A stretch of DNA of 64,000 nucleotides from a virus. Lineage: Duplodnaviria; Caudoviricetes. How positions within the stretch are numbered: the stretch's first letter is position 1; each line of letters opens with the position of its first letter. Location of the stretch: IMG/VR virus record IMGVR_UViG_3300032285_003899, positions 1-64,000 of that record; one strand, 5' to 3'. Shown piece by piece: positions 38,712 through 47,641 of this stretch. The notes under the pieces were generated by a model. That model did not search any database, was not told where the DNA came from, and saw nothing but the letters and a program-made list of their open reading frames with translations. The position numbers and the translations under genes are program-made.

Positions 38712-38826
38712 AGGCGATAAACCAAGAAATTGTTTTAGCAAACAATATAAACATAATCACGATTTAATTGATTGGGGTCGAAAGAAAAACAAAAAGAATA
38801 AGAAAGGCTCCAATAGTGAGCGATAA
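38698..38826 (+). CDS. small basic protein, 42 aa (not in the ORF track)
   Basis: MSAGKGDKPRNCFSKQYKHNHDLIDWGRKKNKKNKKGSNSER. Confidence 0.55.
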   Translation: MSAGKGDKPRNCFSKQYKHNHDLIDWGRKKNKKNKKGSNSER

Positions 38827-39031
38827 TTCTTCAAATATACATAGAGCAATCAATGTAACGACCCTCACCGAGAAAGAAATAAAAAAATATTCGCTAGTTA
38901 AAACTGGCGACTTGTTTAAAAAAGACGACTATTTATTATTATACGATGACCAATATGTAAAAATTGGTAGTTTAAGTAGTTTATTAAAATATAAAATACT
39001 TAAAGAGACTACTGTATACAGAAGAAAATAG
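38816..39031 (+). CDS. hypothetical protein
   Basis: GTG 38816 overlapping the upstream stop preferred over the listed 38768. Confidence 0.45.
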   Translation: MSDNSSNIHRAINVTTLTEKEIKKYSLVKTGDLFKKDDYLLLYDDQYVKIGSLSSLLKYKILKETTVYRRK

Positions 39032-39036
39032 TGTAA
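39031..39036 (+). promoter_or_regulatory. GTGTAA motif (putative late promoter)
   Basis: 14 nt upstream of ATG 39045. Confidence 0.6.
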
Positions 39037-39044
39037 ATAATTTT

Positions 39045-40355
39045 ATGGCCCAACTCTTCGCCGCTCAATTTCCTCAGAATATAAATACTAATTTGATTTA
39101 TGATACTGAAAAAGAGTATTATAGACCATTGAAAGACACTGATTTTTTTGGCGGAGATTCTATTACTAATTCATCAAAAGATGCTTTCGGTCGCCAAAGA
39201 GTTTCAAATCCTTTTACATTATTTGACAGTTCTCATAGATTTAAAGATAACGGTCTTTGGAGTACAGCGACAACGGGAACTGCATCAGCGACTTTCAATG
39301 CTGATCAAGGTTTAGTATATTTAACAGTAGACAATAGTGTAGATTCTGAAGTCGTTAGAGAAACAACAAAAGTTTTTTCTTATCAACCGGGAAAATCTTT
39401 ATTGATAATGAATACTTTTGTGATGCAACAGCCAAAGACTGGTCTTCGTCAAAGAGTAGGATATTATGGCGCTAGTAATGGAATATACTTTGAAGTTGCT
39501 AATTCAATTTTATATATTGTTAAAAGAAGCTCAGTAAGCGGTGTTTTAGTTGATACTAGGATAGCTCAATCATCTTGGAATAATGATACTTTAGATGGAA
39601 CTGGTCCTTCTGGTTTGACTATAGATATTTCTAAAGCTCAGATTTTGTACATGGATATCGAATGGTTAGGAGTTGGTTGTGTTAGAGTCGGATTTGTTAT
39701 AAATGGCGCATTTATTTTATGTCATGTATTTTATCATGCTAATGAAATCACATCAACATATATGACCACAGCATCTTTGCCATTACGTTATGAAATTAAA
39801 AATACCGCTGGCACTTCTGGTAGCAGCACAATGAAACAAATTTGTTCTACTGTTATTTCTGAAGGAGGATATGAACTTCGTGGATCACAACAAGCAATAA
39901 GCATACCAATTACTACACCAAGAGCTTTAGCTACTGCTGGAACTTATTATCCAATTATTTCTTTAAGATTAAAAAGTGCCAATTTAGACGCAATTGTAGT
40001 AATGACTGCGCTTTCTATAATGGGAATAGGAAATGGTGTTAATTATAATTGGCAAATAAGAGCCACTGGAACAACTACAGGAGGAACTTGGACAAGTGCT
40101 GGAACTGATAGTTCTGTCGATTACAATATCACTGGAACTTCTTTTAGCGGAGGCAGAATACTTGCAAGCGGATATTTAAATTCAACAACTCAAGGTTCCC
40201 CATCAATTGATATTCTCAGAGAGGCTCTCTTTAAGTTTCAATTAGAAAGAAACAGTTCGACCTCGACTCCTTATGAACTCTCACTTGTAATTGCTGCTGG
40301 AAGTATTAATGAAAATGTTTTCGCCTCAATGGACTGGGAAGAAATAAGCAGATAA
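39045..40355 (+). CDS. probable virion structural protein (beta-sandwich, Ser/Thr/Gly-rich)
   Basis: DAFGR.RVSNPFTLFDS, YQPGKS, WLGVG.VR.GF, LPLRYEI motifs recalled from aquatic phage proteins. Confidence 0.55.
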   Translation: MAQLFAAQFPQNINTNLIYDTEKEYYRPLKDTDFFGGDSITNSSKDAFGRQRVSNPFTLFDSSHRFKDNGLWSTATTGTASATFNADQGLVYLTVDNSVDSEVVRETTKVFSYQPGKSLLIMNTFVMQQPKTGLRQRVGYYGASNGIYFEVANSILYIVKRSSVSGVLVDTRIAQSSWNNDTLDGTGPSGLTIDISKAQILYMDIEWLGVGCVRVGFVINGAFILCHVFYHANEITSTYMTTASLPLRYEIKNTAGTSGSSTMKQICSTVISEGGYELRGSQQAISIPITTPRALATAGTYYPIISLRLKSANLDAIVVMTALSIMGIGNGVNYNWQIRATGTTTGGTWTSAGTDSSVDYNITGTSFSGGRILASGYLNSTTQGSPSIDILREALFKFQLERNSSTSTPYELSLVIAAGSINENVFASMDWEEISR

Positions 40356-40383
40356 TTTTTATTATTTCTTTTTACCATTATCT

Positions 40384-40389
40384 GTGTAA
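40384..40389 (+). promoter_or_regulatory. GTGTAA motif (putative late promoter)
   Basis: 14 nt upstream of ATG 40398. Confidence 0.6.
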
Positions 40390-40397
40390 TAACAGAT

Positions 40398-41357
40398 ATG
40401 ACAACCAAACTACCAATATTAATAATATTGGTTTTTTTATTTACTGGATGTTTCTCTACTATAAGACCAGCGAAACAAATTGATGATAATCAAAAAATAA
40501 TAGAAAAACAAGAAAAGAAAGTAGACAGCACGTTAGTCGAAATGGAAAAAAACGACAAAAGCAAGAGGATACAAACCTCTGGTCTTTCTGTCGGCATTGA
40601 ACATTCTCTTAATCAAATAACAAATGCGCCTGTTCAAGTTGACACGGCGAGAAAATTAAATGAAAGAGTCATTTCTATTGTCGGTTCTCCACACATTGAT
40701 GAAATAAAAAGAATCAAAGCTACTGTAGATCTTTTAAATTCAGCTTTAGTTGAAGAACGCAGAAAAGGAGAAGAACTGCTTGCTCAACGCGATGATATAA
40801 TTAATAAACTTCAAAAAGAAAAGTCAGAGTTAAATCAAAAATACGATGATCAACTTTGGCAATTAACCGATAAAGCTAAAGAAGTAGCTAAAGAAGCTGA
40901 TCAAAATAAAGCAGTATTAGATTCAATGAGCGGAATGTTTGGTCTAAATGCTGTAATGTGGGGATTAAAGAAGTTTGTTGTTAGCGCATTGACCGCAATA
41001 GTTGTATTTGTAGTCGTTTTTGTTCTTCTTCGTCTTCTCGCTACAGTTCATCCTGCCGCTGCCGCCGCGTTTTCTATATTTAATATGCTAGGATCAGCAG
41101 TAATTTCCATAGTTAAAGCTTTGACCCCAAAAGCATTTGAGATGAATAATTTTGCAACAAAAGATAAAGTAGAAGAATTCAAATCTCCTCTCGTAAAAAT
41201 CGTAGATGTTATTCAAGAGCTTAAAGAAAAACAAAAAGAGTCTCCTGATAAAATTTATCCATTAAATGAGATTTTAAAACGTTTTGATAAAGAAATGGAT
41301 AGCCATGAAAAAGATTTAATCGACGATATTCTTAAAGAACAAAAATGGATCAAATAA
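40398..41357 (+). CDS. lipoprotein with coiled coil and C-terminal TM segment(s), candidate unimolecular spanin
   Basis: Lipobox FTG-C18, heptad-rich aa ~100-175, hydrophobic aa ~193-240. Confidence 0.55.
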   Translation: MTTKLPILIILVFLFTGCFSTIRPAKQIDDNQKIIEKQEKKVDSTLVEMEKNDKSKRIQTSGLSVGIEHSLNQITNAPVQVDTARKLNERVISIVGSPHIDEIKRIKATVDLLNSALVEERRKGEELLAQRDDIINKLQKEKSELNQKYDDQLWQLTDKAKEVAKEADQNKAVLDSMSGMFGLNAVMWGLKKFVVSALTAIVVFVVVFVLLRLLATVHPAAAAAFSIFNMLGSAVISIVKALTPKAFEMNNFATKDKVEEFKSPLVKIVDVIQELKEKQKESPDKIYPLNEILKRFDKEMDSHEKDLIDDILKEQKWIK

Positions 41358-41740
41358 TTATGGACACAAACAACGTACATATCATATCTCAACAAGTATT
41401 AGAATCTACAGGCCAAGATCTTACTGGAAAGTATGTTTGGTTTTTCATTGTCGGACTTATAGCGTTGATGTTCAAATCTAGCATTGAAAAGTTTGCTGCT
41501 GCTTTATTTATGTTTGTTGGAAACGATTATAAAGAAGACGATGTAGTATATGTTGATGGAAAACCGGGAAGAATTGTAAGAGTAGGTTTAACCAAGACTG
41601 TATTTTTTATTTATGATGTTGTAGATGGCAAAGTTCTTGGTGGCAGCAAACTCGTAGTTCAAAACGAGAGATTATCTGGTCTTAACATTGAAAAACCTTT
41701 ACCCAACTTGGATCTTAGCAGATTCAAGAAAAATGATTAA
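41345..41740 (+). CDS. small membrane protein with MscS-like beta domain
   Basis: TM YVWFFIVGLIALMF; Y.EDDVVYVDG..GRIVRVGL.KT. Confidence 0.55.
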   Translation: MDQIIMDTNNVHIISQQVLESTGQDLTGKYVWFFIVGLIALMFKSSIEKFAAALFMFVGNDYKEDDVVYVDGKPGRIVRVGLTKTVFFIYDVVDGKVLGGSKLVVQNERLSGLNIEKPLPNLDLSRFKKND

Positions 41741-41742
41741 AG

Positions 41743-42384
41743 ATGAGGAGAATACTTTTTTCTCTATTATTATTTACAAATTTATTTGCGGCAGAATTTA
41801 AATCGGCAAATTATTATTCTAAAAACTATTTATTCGATGCTCAAGTATATTCAGTCAACACTTTTATATCTGAAAATAGTATCAGCCATCAATTAGGGGA
41901 TTTTACTCCCCATCTTGATTTTGTACAATATCAAGGCTTAGATCAATATAAAGAAAGCGATTTTGGATTCGGCAGTGAGTATGAATTATCAGAGAAGTTA
42001 AATTTAAATACTGGTAGTTGGTACTATTACTATTATAGTGCTGGCGATCATTATTTTGAACCATACTTATCATTTACTTATGATTGGATACTATCGCCAA
42101 CAATTTATTTTAGTGTTATAACTTATAATAACACTCCAAGAGCAACCATTAGTTTTGACTACAGCAAAGATATTACTGAAAAACTACAATTAAATATAAA
42201 ACCTGTAATTGGAACTGCGGATTATGATATAAGATATGGTTATTATGGAATGGTATTTATTTTCGATTACAACATAAATAAAAATTTTACGCTATACCTT
42301 GGTGGTGAAGTAGATAAACCATTTAGCTCACCCGACAATTCAATTGTTTATACTTATTCATCTGGAATCAAAATATCTTTATGA
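41743..42384 (+). CDS. outer-membrane beta-barrel protein (TorF-like putative porin)
   Basis: Signal peptide, alternating aromatic beta strands, terminal strand SGIKISL. Confidence 0.6.
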   Translation: MRRILFSLLLFTNLFAAEFKSANYYSKNYLFDAQVYSVNTFISENSISHQLGDFTPHLDFVQYQGLDQYKESDFGFGSEYELSEKLNLNTGSWYYYYYSAGDHYFEPYLSFTYDWILSPTIYFSVITYNNTPRATISFDYSKDITEKLQLNIKPVIGTADYDIRYGYYGMVFIFDYNINKNFTLYLGGEVDKPFSSPDNSIVYTYSSGIKISL

Positions 42385-43832
42385 AACGTATTAAGTTTAA
42401 TTTAAGATTTGCTTTATCTACTAGTACAATCTTTATTTTAATACTAGTAAGCATGGTATATTTCTTTTTATTGATATTTGCAATTGAAGATATCGCAAAA
42501 AACAGTTTAAAAAGAAGCTTGAATACGTCTGTTAATATTTGTAGTAGTATTCTTGATTCAAATGAAATTGAAAAATTAACTAAATATGAACAAGAAAAAA
42601 ATGCTATATTTGTTAATTACAGAAAAGCCATTAAAGAAATAAAAAAAGAAGTCGAGGATATTAAATTTGTTTATGTTGTTAGACAGACAGGCACAAATAT
42701 TACTTATATAATAGATTGTGGCGATAATATATCTGAACAAGCTAAATTAGGCGAAATATATGATGACGCTGGAGATGGATTAAAAGAATTATTTAATAAC
42801 CCAATCGAAGGCATAACATTTGAAAAAGAATATTATACAGATAAATGGGGTACATTTTTATCTGCATACAAACCAATATTCAAAAATGGTAAAATAATAT
42901 ATGTTGTTTGTAGCGATATCAAATCTATTGATGTCGAAAAATATATATCTAATTACAAAAAGAAATTCACTTTTGCTTTTTTATTATTACTTGTAATTAT
43001 ATTTCCAATTATATTTTCTATAACAAATATGATTAGAAGACCTCTTAATAAACTAAGAGATGAAATTCTTAAATTAAAAGATTTGGATGTTGATGAGCAT
43101 ATTAATTTTAAAAGCAGCATTAGTGAAGTTAACGACATGATCGATGCTACAGATAAAGTTAAAACTGGATTAAGATCGTTTTCAAAATACGTCCCCGACA
43201 AAGTTGTTAAACAATTAATAAGTCAAGGCAAAGATGCAAAAATTGGAGGAGAAAAAGAATATGTAACAATATTATTTAGCGACATCGAAGGATTCACAAC
43301 CATATCAGAAAATAATGAAACTCAAGAAGTTGTTACTGCATTGAATGAGTATTTTGATATTTATGTTAGATCTTTAGAGGAAAGCGGCGCAACTGTTGAT
43401 AAATTTATTGGTGATGCTGTAATGGCATTTTGGAACGCTCCAAGCAAGGTTGAAAATCATGAATTTGTTGCTGTCAAAACTGCAATGAAAATTGTCAACG
43501 AAATCAATCAGTTAAATGAAAAATGGAAACTAGAAGGTAAAAAATTCATATTTAAAACCAGAATCGGTATTAACTCTGGTGAAGTAATTGTAGGTAATAT
43601 TGGATCAACTAATCGTATTAATTATACTATTACGGGTGATAGTGTAAATTTAGCCTCAAGATTAGAAGGATCAAATAAACAATATAATACTAAAATTTTG
43701 GTCAGTGAAGTCGTATACAACAAAACAAACGATTTAATACAATATAATTATATTGATTATGTCAAAGTTAAAGGTAAAGAGTTGTATGTAAAAATATATC
43801 AACCAGTTCAATTAATCGATAATGTATTATGA
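42381..43832 (+). CDS. membrane sensor class III adenylate cyclase (TM-periplasmic sensor-TM-HAMP-cyclase)
   Basis: LFSDIEGFT, DKFIGDAVMAFW, RIGINSG..VGN.G...R.NYT..GD.VNLASRLE; YTDKWGTFLSAYKPI sensor motif; HAMP. Confidence 0.93.
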   Translation: MKRIKFNLRFALSTSTIFILILVSMVYFFLLIFAIEDIAKNSLKRSLNTSVNICSSILDSNEIEKLTKYEQEKNAIFVNYRKAIKEIKKEVEDIKFVYVVRQTGTNITYIIDCGDNISEQAKLGEIYDDAGDGLKELFNNPIEGITFEKEYYTDKWGTFLSAYKPIFKNGKIIYVVCSDIKSIDVEKYISNYKKKFTFAFLLLLVIIFPIIFSITNMIRRPLNKLRDEILKLKDLDVDEHINFKSSISEVNDMIDATDKVKTGLRSFSKYVPDKVVKQLISQGKDAKIGGEKEYVTILFSDIEGFTTISENNETQEVVTALNEYFDIYVRSLEESGATVDKFIGDAVMAFWNAPSKVENHEFVAVKTAMKIVNEINQLNEKWKLEGKKFIFKTRIGINSGEVIVGNIGSTNRINYTITGDSVNLASRLEGSNKQYNTKILVSEVVYNKTNDLIQYNYIDYVKVKGKELYVKIYQPVQLIDNVL

Positions 43833-44605
43833 AACTCGCAACTCCAAAAAGCATCAAACAAGCATCATTAAAACTATTTAACAAACAAGATATAAGATTA
43901 TTAGTTCTTTATAACTATCTAATCGAAATCTGCAATTACGGAGATAATAAATACCATAAACTTGAAACCAAATATCATGATCTAAATCATTTTTTAACAA
44001 GCGCATCTGTATTTCTTGATATATATACAAACATTGTTGAGAAAAATATAATTAAATTAAATGAACAAGATTTTTTTTGCGGTGTTGTTGCCGTAATGTA
44101 CCACGATATAGGTTTTTTAAAATCAAAAGAAGACAAGAACGGAACTGGAGCGCAATATATTAATACTCATGTAGAAAGAGGCTGTAATTTTATAAGAAAT
44201 AATTTCGACAATATTTTAACTAAAGAAGAAAAAACAAGAATTTGCGAATTAATAATGGTAACAGATTACTTCAAAAAGACAGAAAATTCACAAATAGATC
44301 ATATAGGAGCTTGCGTGGCTTTGGGTGATTGGCTTAGTCAAATGAGCGATGAACAATATGTACAGAAACTTGATAAACTATATGAAGAATTCGATGAGTT
44401 TCAGAGATATCATAATTTATTTATGTATAACGGATTAGAAGATTTGGTAAAAAAGACCCCCGGTTTTTGGTATAAATTAGTTAAACCATTATTAGATAAT
44501 AAGTTTTACGGATTATACGAACACGCTTCAAATAATTACATCTTAAGTATAGAAAAAAACATCGATAAATTAGTTAAAGAATACAATTTAAATCACGCTA
44601 TTTAA
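43829..44605 (+). CDS. HD-domain metal-dependent phosphohydrolase
   Basis: YHDLNH, YHDIGF, GTGAQY...HVER, LGDWLSQM, TPGFW. Confidence 0.85.
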   Translation: MKLATPKSIKQASLKLFNKQDIRLLVLYNYLIEICNYGDNKYHKLETKYHDLNHFLTSASVFLDIYTNIVEKNIIKLNEQDFFCGVVAVMYHDIGFLKSKEDKNGTGAQYINTHVERGCNFIRNNFDNILTKEEKTRICELIMVTDYFKKTENSQIDHIGACVALGDWLSQMSDEQYVQKLDKLYEEFDEFQRYHNLFMYNGLEDLVKKTPGFWYKLVKPLLDNKFYGLYEHASNNYILSIEKNIDKLVKEYNLNHAI

Positions 44606-44640
44606 AGTTAAAAAACACTGCTCCCAAATTCATATTTAAA

Positions 44641-44646
44641 GTGTAA
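44641..44646 (+). promoter_or_regulatory. GTGTAA motif (putative late promoter)
   Basis: 14 nt upstream of ATG 44655. Confidence 0.6.
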
Positions 44647-44654
44647 AAAACGAT

Positions 44655-44876
44655 ATGTCAGATCAGTATAATAATAATAGCTATGATGCTGTTCTATCAA
44701 GGATGGAACAAAAACTAGACACTATTGCAGAAAACATTGGTGACATTAAAAAAAGTCACAAAGACTTAGAAACGCGAGTAGCTGGTTTAGAATATTTTAA
44801 ATATTATTTAGCGGGAATAGTCGCAGCCGTTACATTCGCAGCCAATTATTTAATGAATAAAGTAAAGAATGGTTGA
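44655..44876 (+). CDS. small coiled-coil protein with C-terminal TM (holin/XhlA-like)
   Basis: LSRMEQKLD..LE.RV..LE then TM YYLAGIVAAVTFAANYL and a basic tail. Confidence 0.5.
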   Translation: MSDQYNNNSYDAVLSRMEQKLDTIAENIGDIKKSHKDLETRVAGLEYFKYYLAGIVAAVTFAANYLMNKVKNG

Positions 44877-44890
44877 CCAAAGAAAATTTC

Positions 44891-44918
44891 TTGACTTCTT
44901 GCAGAATGTGTATAAGAT
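44891..44918 (+). promoter_or_regulatory. sigma70-like promoter
   Basis: TTGACT-N16-TAAGAT, 9 nt before ATG 44928. Confidence 0.55.
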
Positions 44919-44927
44919 TATGTACCT

Positions 44928-45632
44928 ATGATTAAGTCATTTAAGTTATTCATCGTGTCAATTCTAGCCTCAGTCGCAGTTTTTGCTGCGGATACTGAGT
45001 CTTCAATCAGTGCCAGCATTAACGCTGGTTACAACAACCACTACATCGTAAACGGTCTAGCCAAGACTAGCGGATCAGCATTTGCTGGTTTCGATATTGG
45101 AAAGGCTTATTTCGGCGTAGACACTTATGTCGGTGGAGTTATTCTTCCTGATTCTAATAGTATTGATGAATCTCACTGGAAGGTAGGTCTTGGCAAGGCT
45201 CTAAAGATTACCGAGAAGTTCTCGCTTCGTGGTGATTTGCAAGCACTTCGTCACCAGAGTTCAATTGTTGGAGGTCGCAATTCTACCGAAATCGCTCCAA
45301 AGGTTGCATTGGTAAATCCATATCTAACTCCTTATATTCGTGGTTCACATGATTTCAACCTAGGTCAATCAGGTTATATCGTTGGCGTTGAACGCCCAAC
45401 TGATGTGTTTGGCTGGTTCACTGTTAATCCTGTTGTTGAATACGGTAAGTTTACTGATTATAACGTAGTAGCTGCTAAGATTGGTGTTTCTCGTACCTTC
45501 TTCAACCATCTTCAACCTTATGCCGAGGTAGGATATTACGACAATAATTTTCAAGCTTCCAAGTACAAGTTTGCAAGTCAAGAGTTCAGCGGCGATGTAG
45601 TTGCAGTCGCAGGTGTTCGCTGGAACTTCTAA
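44928..45632 (+). CDS. outer-membrane beta-barrel protein
   Basis: Signal peptide ending AVFA, amphipathic strands, terminal GVRWNF (BAM-type terminal Phe). Confidence 0.8.
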   Translation: MIKSFKLFIVSILASVAVFAADTESSISASINAGYNNHYIVNGLAKTSGSAFAGFDIGKAYFGVDTYVGGVILPDSNSIDESHWKVGLGKALKITEKFSLRGDLQALRHQSSIVGGRNSTEIAPKVALVNPYLTPYIRGSHDFNLGQSGYIVGVERPTDVFGWFTVNPVVEYGKFTDYNVVAAKIGVSRTFFNHLQPYAEVGYYDNNFQASKYKFASQEFSGDVVAVAGVRWNF

Positions 45633-45657
45633 TAGTGAACGATATTTAGTCAAATAT

Positions 45658-45685
45658 ACCGCCAACGAAAGTTGGCGGTTTTTTT
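45658..45685 (+). terminator. intrinsic terminator
   Basis: ACCGCCAAC-GAAA-GTTGGCGGT plus T tract. Confidence 0.88.
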
Positions 45686-45688
45686 GTG

Positions 45689-45716
45689 TTGACATCTAAA
45701 GTTTTTCTGTTATCTT
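45689..45716 (+). promoter_or_regulatory. sigma70-like promoter
   Basis: TTGACA-N16-TATCTT with TGn, 6 nt before ATG 45723. Confidence 0.65.
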
Positions 45717-45722
45717 CAAACA

Positions 45723-46316
45723 ATGTCGAGTTATTCTAATCAAATAACCACTTTACTTTTAGATTCGTCGTTCATGCCTTATACTTTTTTAACAGGCAGA
45801 GCGACATTCTTGCATTTAATAAAGAACAATATTAAGTGTTTTGATGCAAGCGAGAATCTTATAGACAACAATCTTCAATGGTTCTCTAATCAGGGAATTA
45901 ATTTTCATGAAGATCAACCTTTTCTGACTTCTAAAGATAGAATTTGGTTTTTACCAACCACTGCCGTTATTAAAGCATCTTTTTATTCTAAGAGAAAAAG
46001 ACTGCCTCGTACTCTAAGCTTGCAGAAACTATGTATGATCTTCGATAATACTTGCCAAATTTGTCACGAAAAGTTTGACAAGAAAGACATGACAGTAGAA
46101 CATATCTTCCCTCGCTCTAAAGGAGGAACGAAAGAAATTGAAAACATCACCTTAACTTGTGCGCGGTGTAATCAAATGAAAAAAGATATGTATCCATTCT
46201 TTGATATCAAAAATCGCGATATTAAATCTGTTCCAATGCCGATTCCTATTCTTCCTAATAGACCTATAAATAATAGACAGGAATGGCAGAAATATTTTAT
46301 TTATAAAAAACTATGA
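45723..46316 (+). CDS. HNH endonuclease
   Basis: CQIC....TVEHIFPRSKGG....N..L.C..CN. Confidence 0.88.
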   Translation: MSSYSNQITTLLLDSSFMPYTFLTGRATFLHLIKNNIKCFDASENLIDNNLQWFSNQGINFHEDQPFLTSKDRIWFLPTTAVIKASFYSKRKRLPRTLSLQKLCMIFDNTCQICHEKFDKKDMTVEHIFPRSKGGTKEIENITLTCARCNQMKKDMYPFFDIKNRDIKSVPMPIPILPNRPINNRQEWQKYFIYKKL

Positions 46317-46498
46317 ATGTTTCAGAATTCGAAAGAACTAAACCTACTAAAACGCTCAAGAGAATTAAAGAGCTAGAAAAGCTTATAAAAGAAGAGCAAA
46401 TAAAAACAGAAAATCTTTATGCTAATAGAATTGCTACTCTTGATAGTATGTTAAAAGCCGTTACGGAATTGAAAGAGACTTTTCTAAAAGGCGAATAG
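46313..46498 (+). CDS. hypothetical coiled-coil protein
   Basis: Coupled ORF. Confidence 0.55.
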   Translation: MNVSEFERTKPTKTLKRIKELEKLIKEEQIKTENLYANRIATLDSMLKAVTELKETFLKGE

Positions 46499-47157
46499 TG
46501 AGCTATTTATCTACAAATATACCAGTTCAAATAGGTTATTTAGATACTTCTTTTCTTCATGATCAATTACCCAGAACATCTGGAAAATTTATTCCTGTAG
46601 AAATATTTTCAATAGTATCTATTCCTAAAAGATGTTTGATGTTTAATGTGATGAGTGAATACGGCGCACAATTTGCTAGAGTGCCTATTCATTATCTCTC
46701 CAATAGTGAACAACCCAGCACCAAATATACATTAGATTGGCTTCAACTATGGGACAGTTTTAGTTACTATTTTACAATTCAAAAATTTGATTATTTAAAA
46801 AACGGAAGCGCATATATTTATTTAAAAGATAAAAAAATGCACATTGGAAAATACTTGTTCACAATTGATTGGTGCTTTGGAGAAGATTATAATCTAGGTT
46901 ATTCTGAAATAGCTGCTGGACATAAATGCGCTCATATTTTTTGGGGAGAAGGTGGACAAATGTTCGCTCAACCAAATAATAGAATAATATTTAGAGATAG
47001 TGGAGCTTGGATTTCAAGTAAATTACCGCCTGAATCTAAAACTTGGAAACCATTCTCAAAAGAATTTTCTTGTGAAGGTCTAGCTCACAAATGGACCGCA
47101 GGAGACGCAGAATTAATGTATTATGAGTTTCAGCCCGAACACACCGAGACTAACTAA
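46498..47157 (+). CDS. conserved hypothetical phage protein
   Basis: GTG start; QLWDSFS, YLFTIDW, GHKCAH, AQPNNRI. Confidence 0.65.
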   Translation: MSYLSTNIPVQIGYLDTSFLHDQLPRTSGKFIPVEIFSIVSIPKRCLMFNVMSEYGAQFARVPIHYLSNSEQPSTKYTLDWLQLWDSFSYYFTIQKFDYLKNGSAYIYLKDKKMHIGKYLFTIDWCFGEDYNLGYSEIAAGHKCAHIFWGEGGQMFAQPNNRIIFRDSGAWISSKLPPESKTWKPFSKEFSCEGLAHKWTAGDAELMYYEFQPEHTETN

Positions 47158-47641
47158 ACCTGAATACGGTTGTTATCTAGCTTTATCAGCCAGATCCCGA
47201 TCAGAAGACCCGCACACTCAAGTAGGCGTTGCCTTATTTGATGAAGATTGGAGAACCGTTTCTACCGGATTCAATGGATTCGGTCCCGGTTTTTTACCTA
47301 AAGAATCTATATTTAAAGATCGCGAAACTAAGTCCTGCTTAATTAATCATGCAGAAATTAACGCTATTTTATATTCTTCACGACAAGCTCACTACGCTTG
47401 TATGGTTTATAGCCCATGCATTCACTGCGCCAAAACAATTGCTGCCTCAAAAATAAAAAGCGTATATTTTATTCAGCAATATTTAAAAGGTTCAGATCAG
47501 CAACCTGATTTAAAATACCAAGAAATCTTTAAATTCTATGGAATAAACTGTATTCAAATGGATAATAAGAATATAAAAAAAATCTTGTACTGGAACAAAA
47601 AAGATCAAGATTTTTTAAATTCCCTCTATGTTGAATCATAA
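47123..47641 (+). CDS. dCMP deaminase
   Basis: A.RS.DP.TQVG, TG.NG, HAEINAI, SPC..C. Confidence 0.88.
   Translation: MSFSPNTPRLTKPEYGCYLALSARSRSEDPHTQVGVALFDEDWRTVSTGFNGFGPGFLPKESIFKDRETKSCLINHAEINAILYSSRQAHYACMVYSPCIHCAKTIAASKIKSVYFIQQYLKGSDQQPDLKYQEIFKFYGINCIQMDNKNIKKILYWNKKDQDFLNSLYVES

Noticed and set aside
42381-43832. Pycsar-type cCMP/cUMP cyclase
   Set aside because: It has adenine-specifying Lys/Thr residues and a TM-sensor-HAMP architecture, unlike PycC, with no PycTIR or PycTM effector adjacent.
9662-46170. Further GTGTAA copies inside coding regions (near 9662, 14407, 17114, 46165)
   Set aside because: Not at 14-16 nt from a credible gene start; treated as background.
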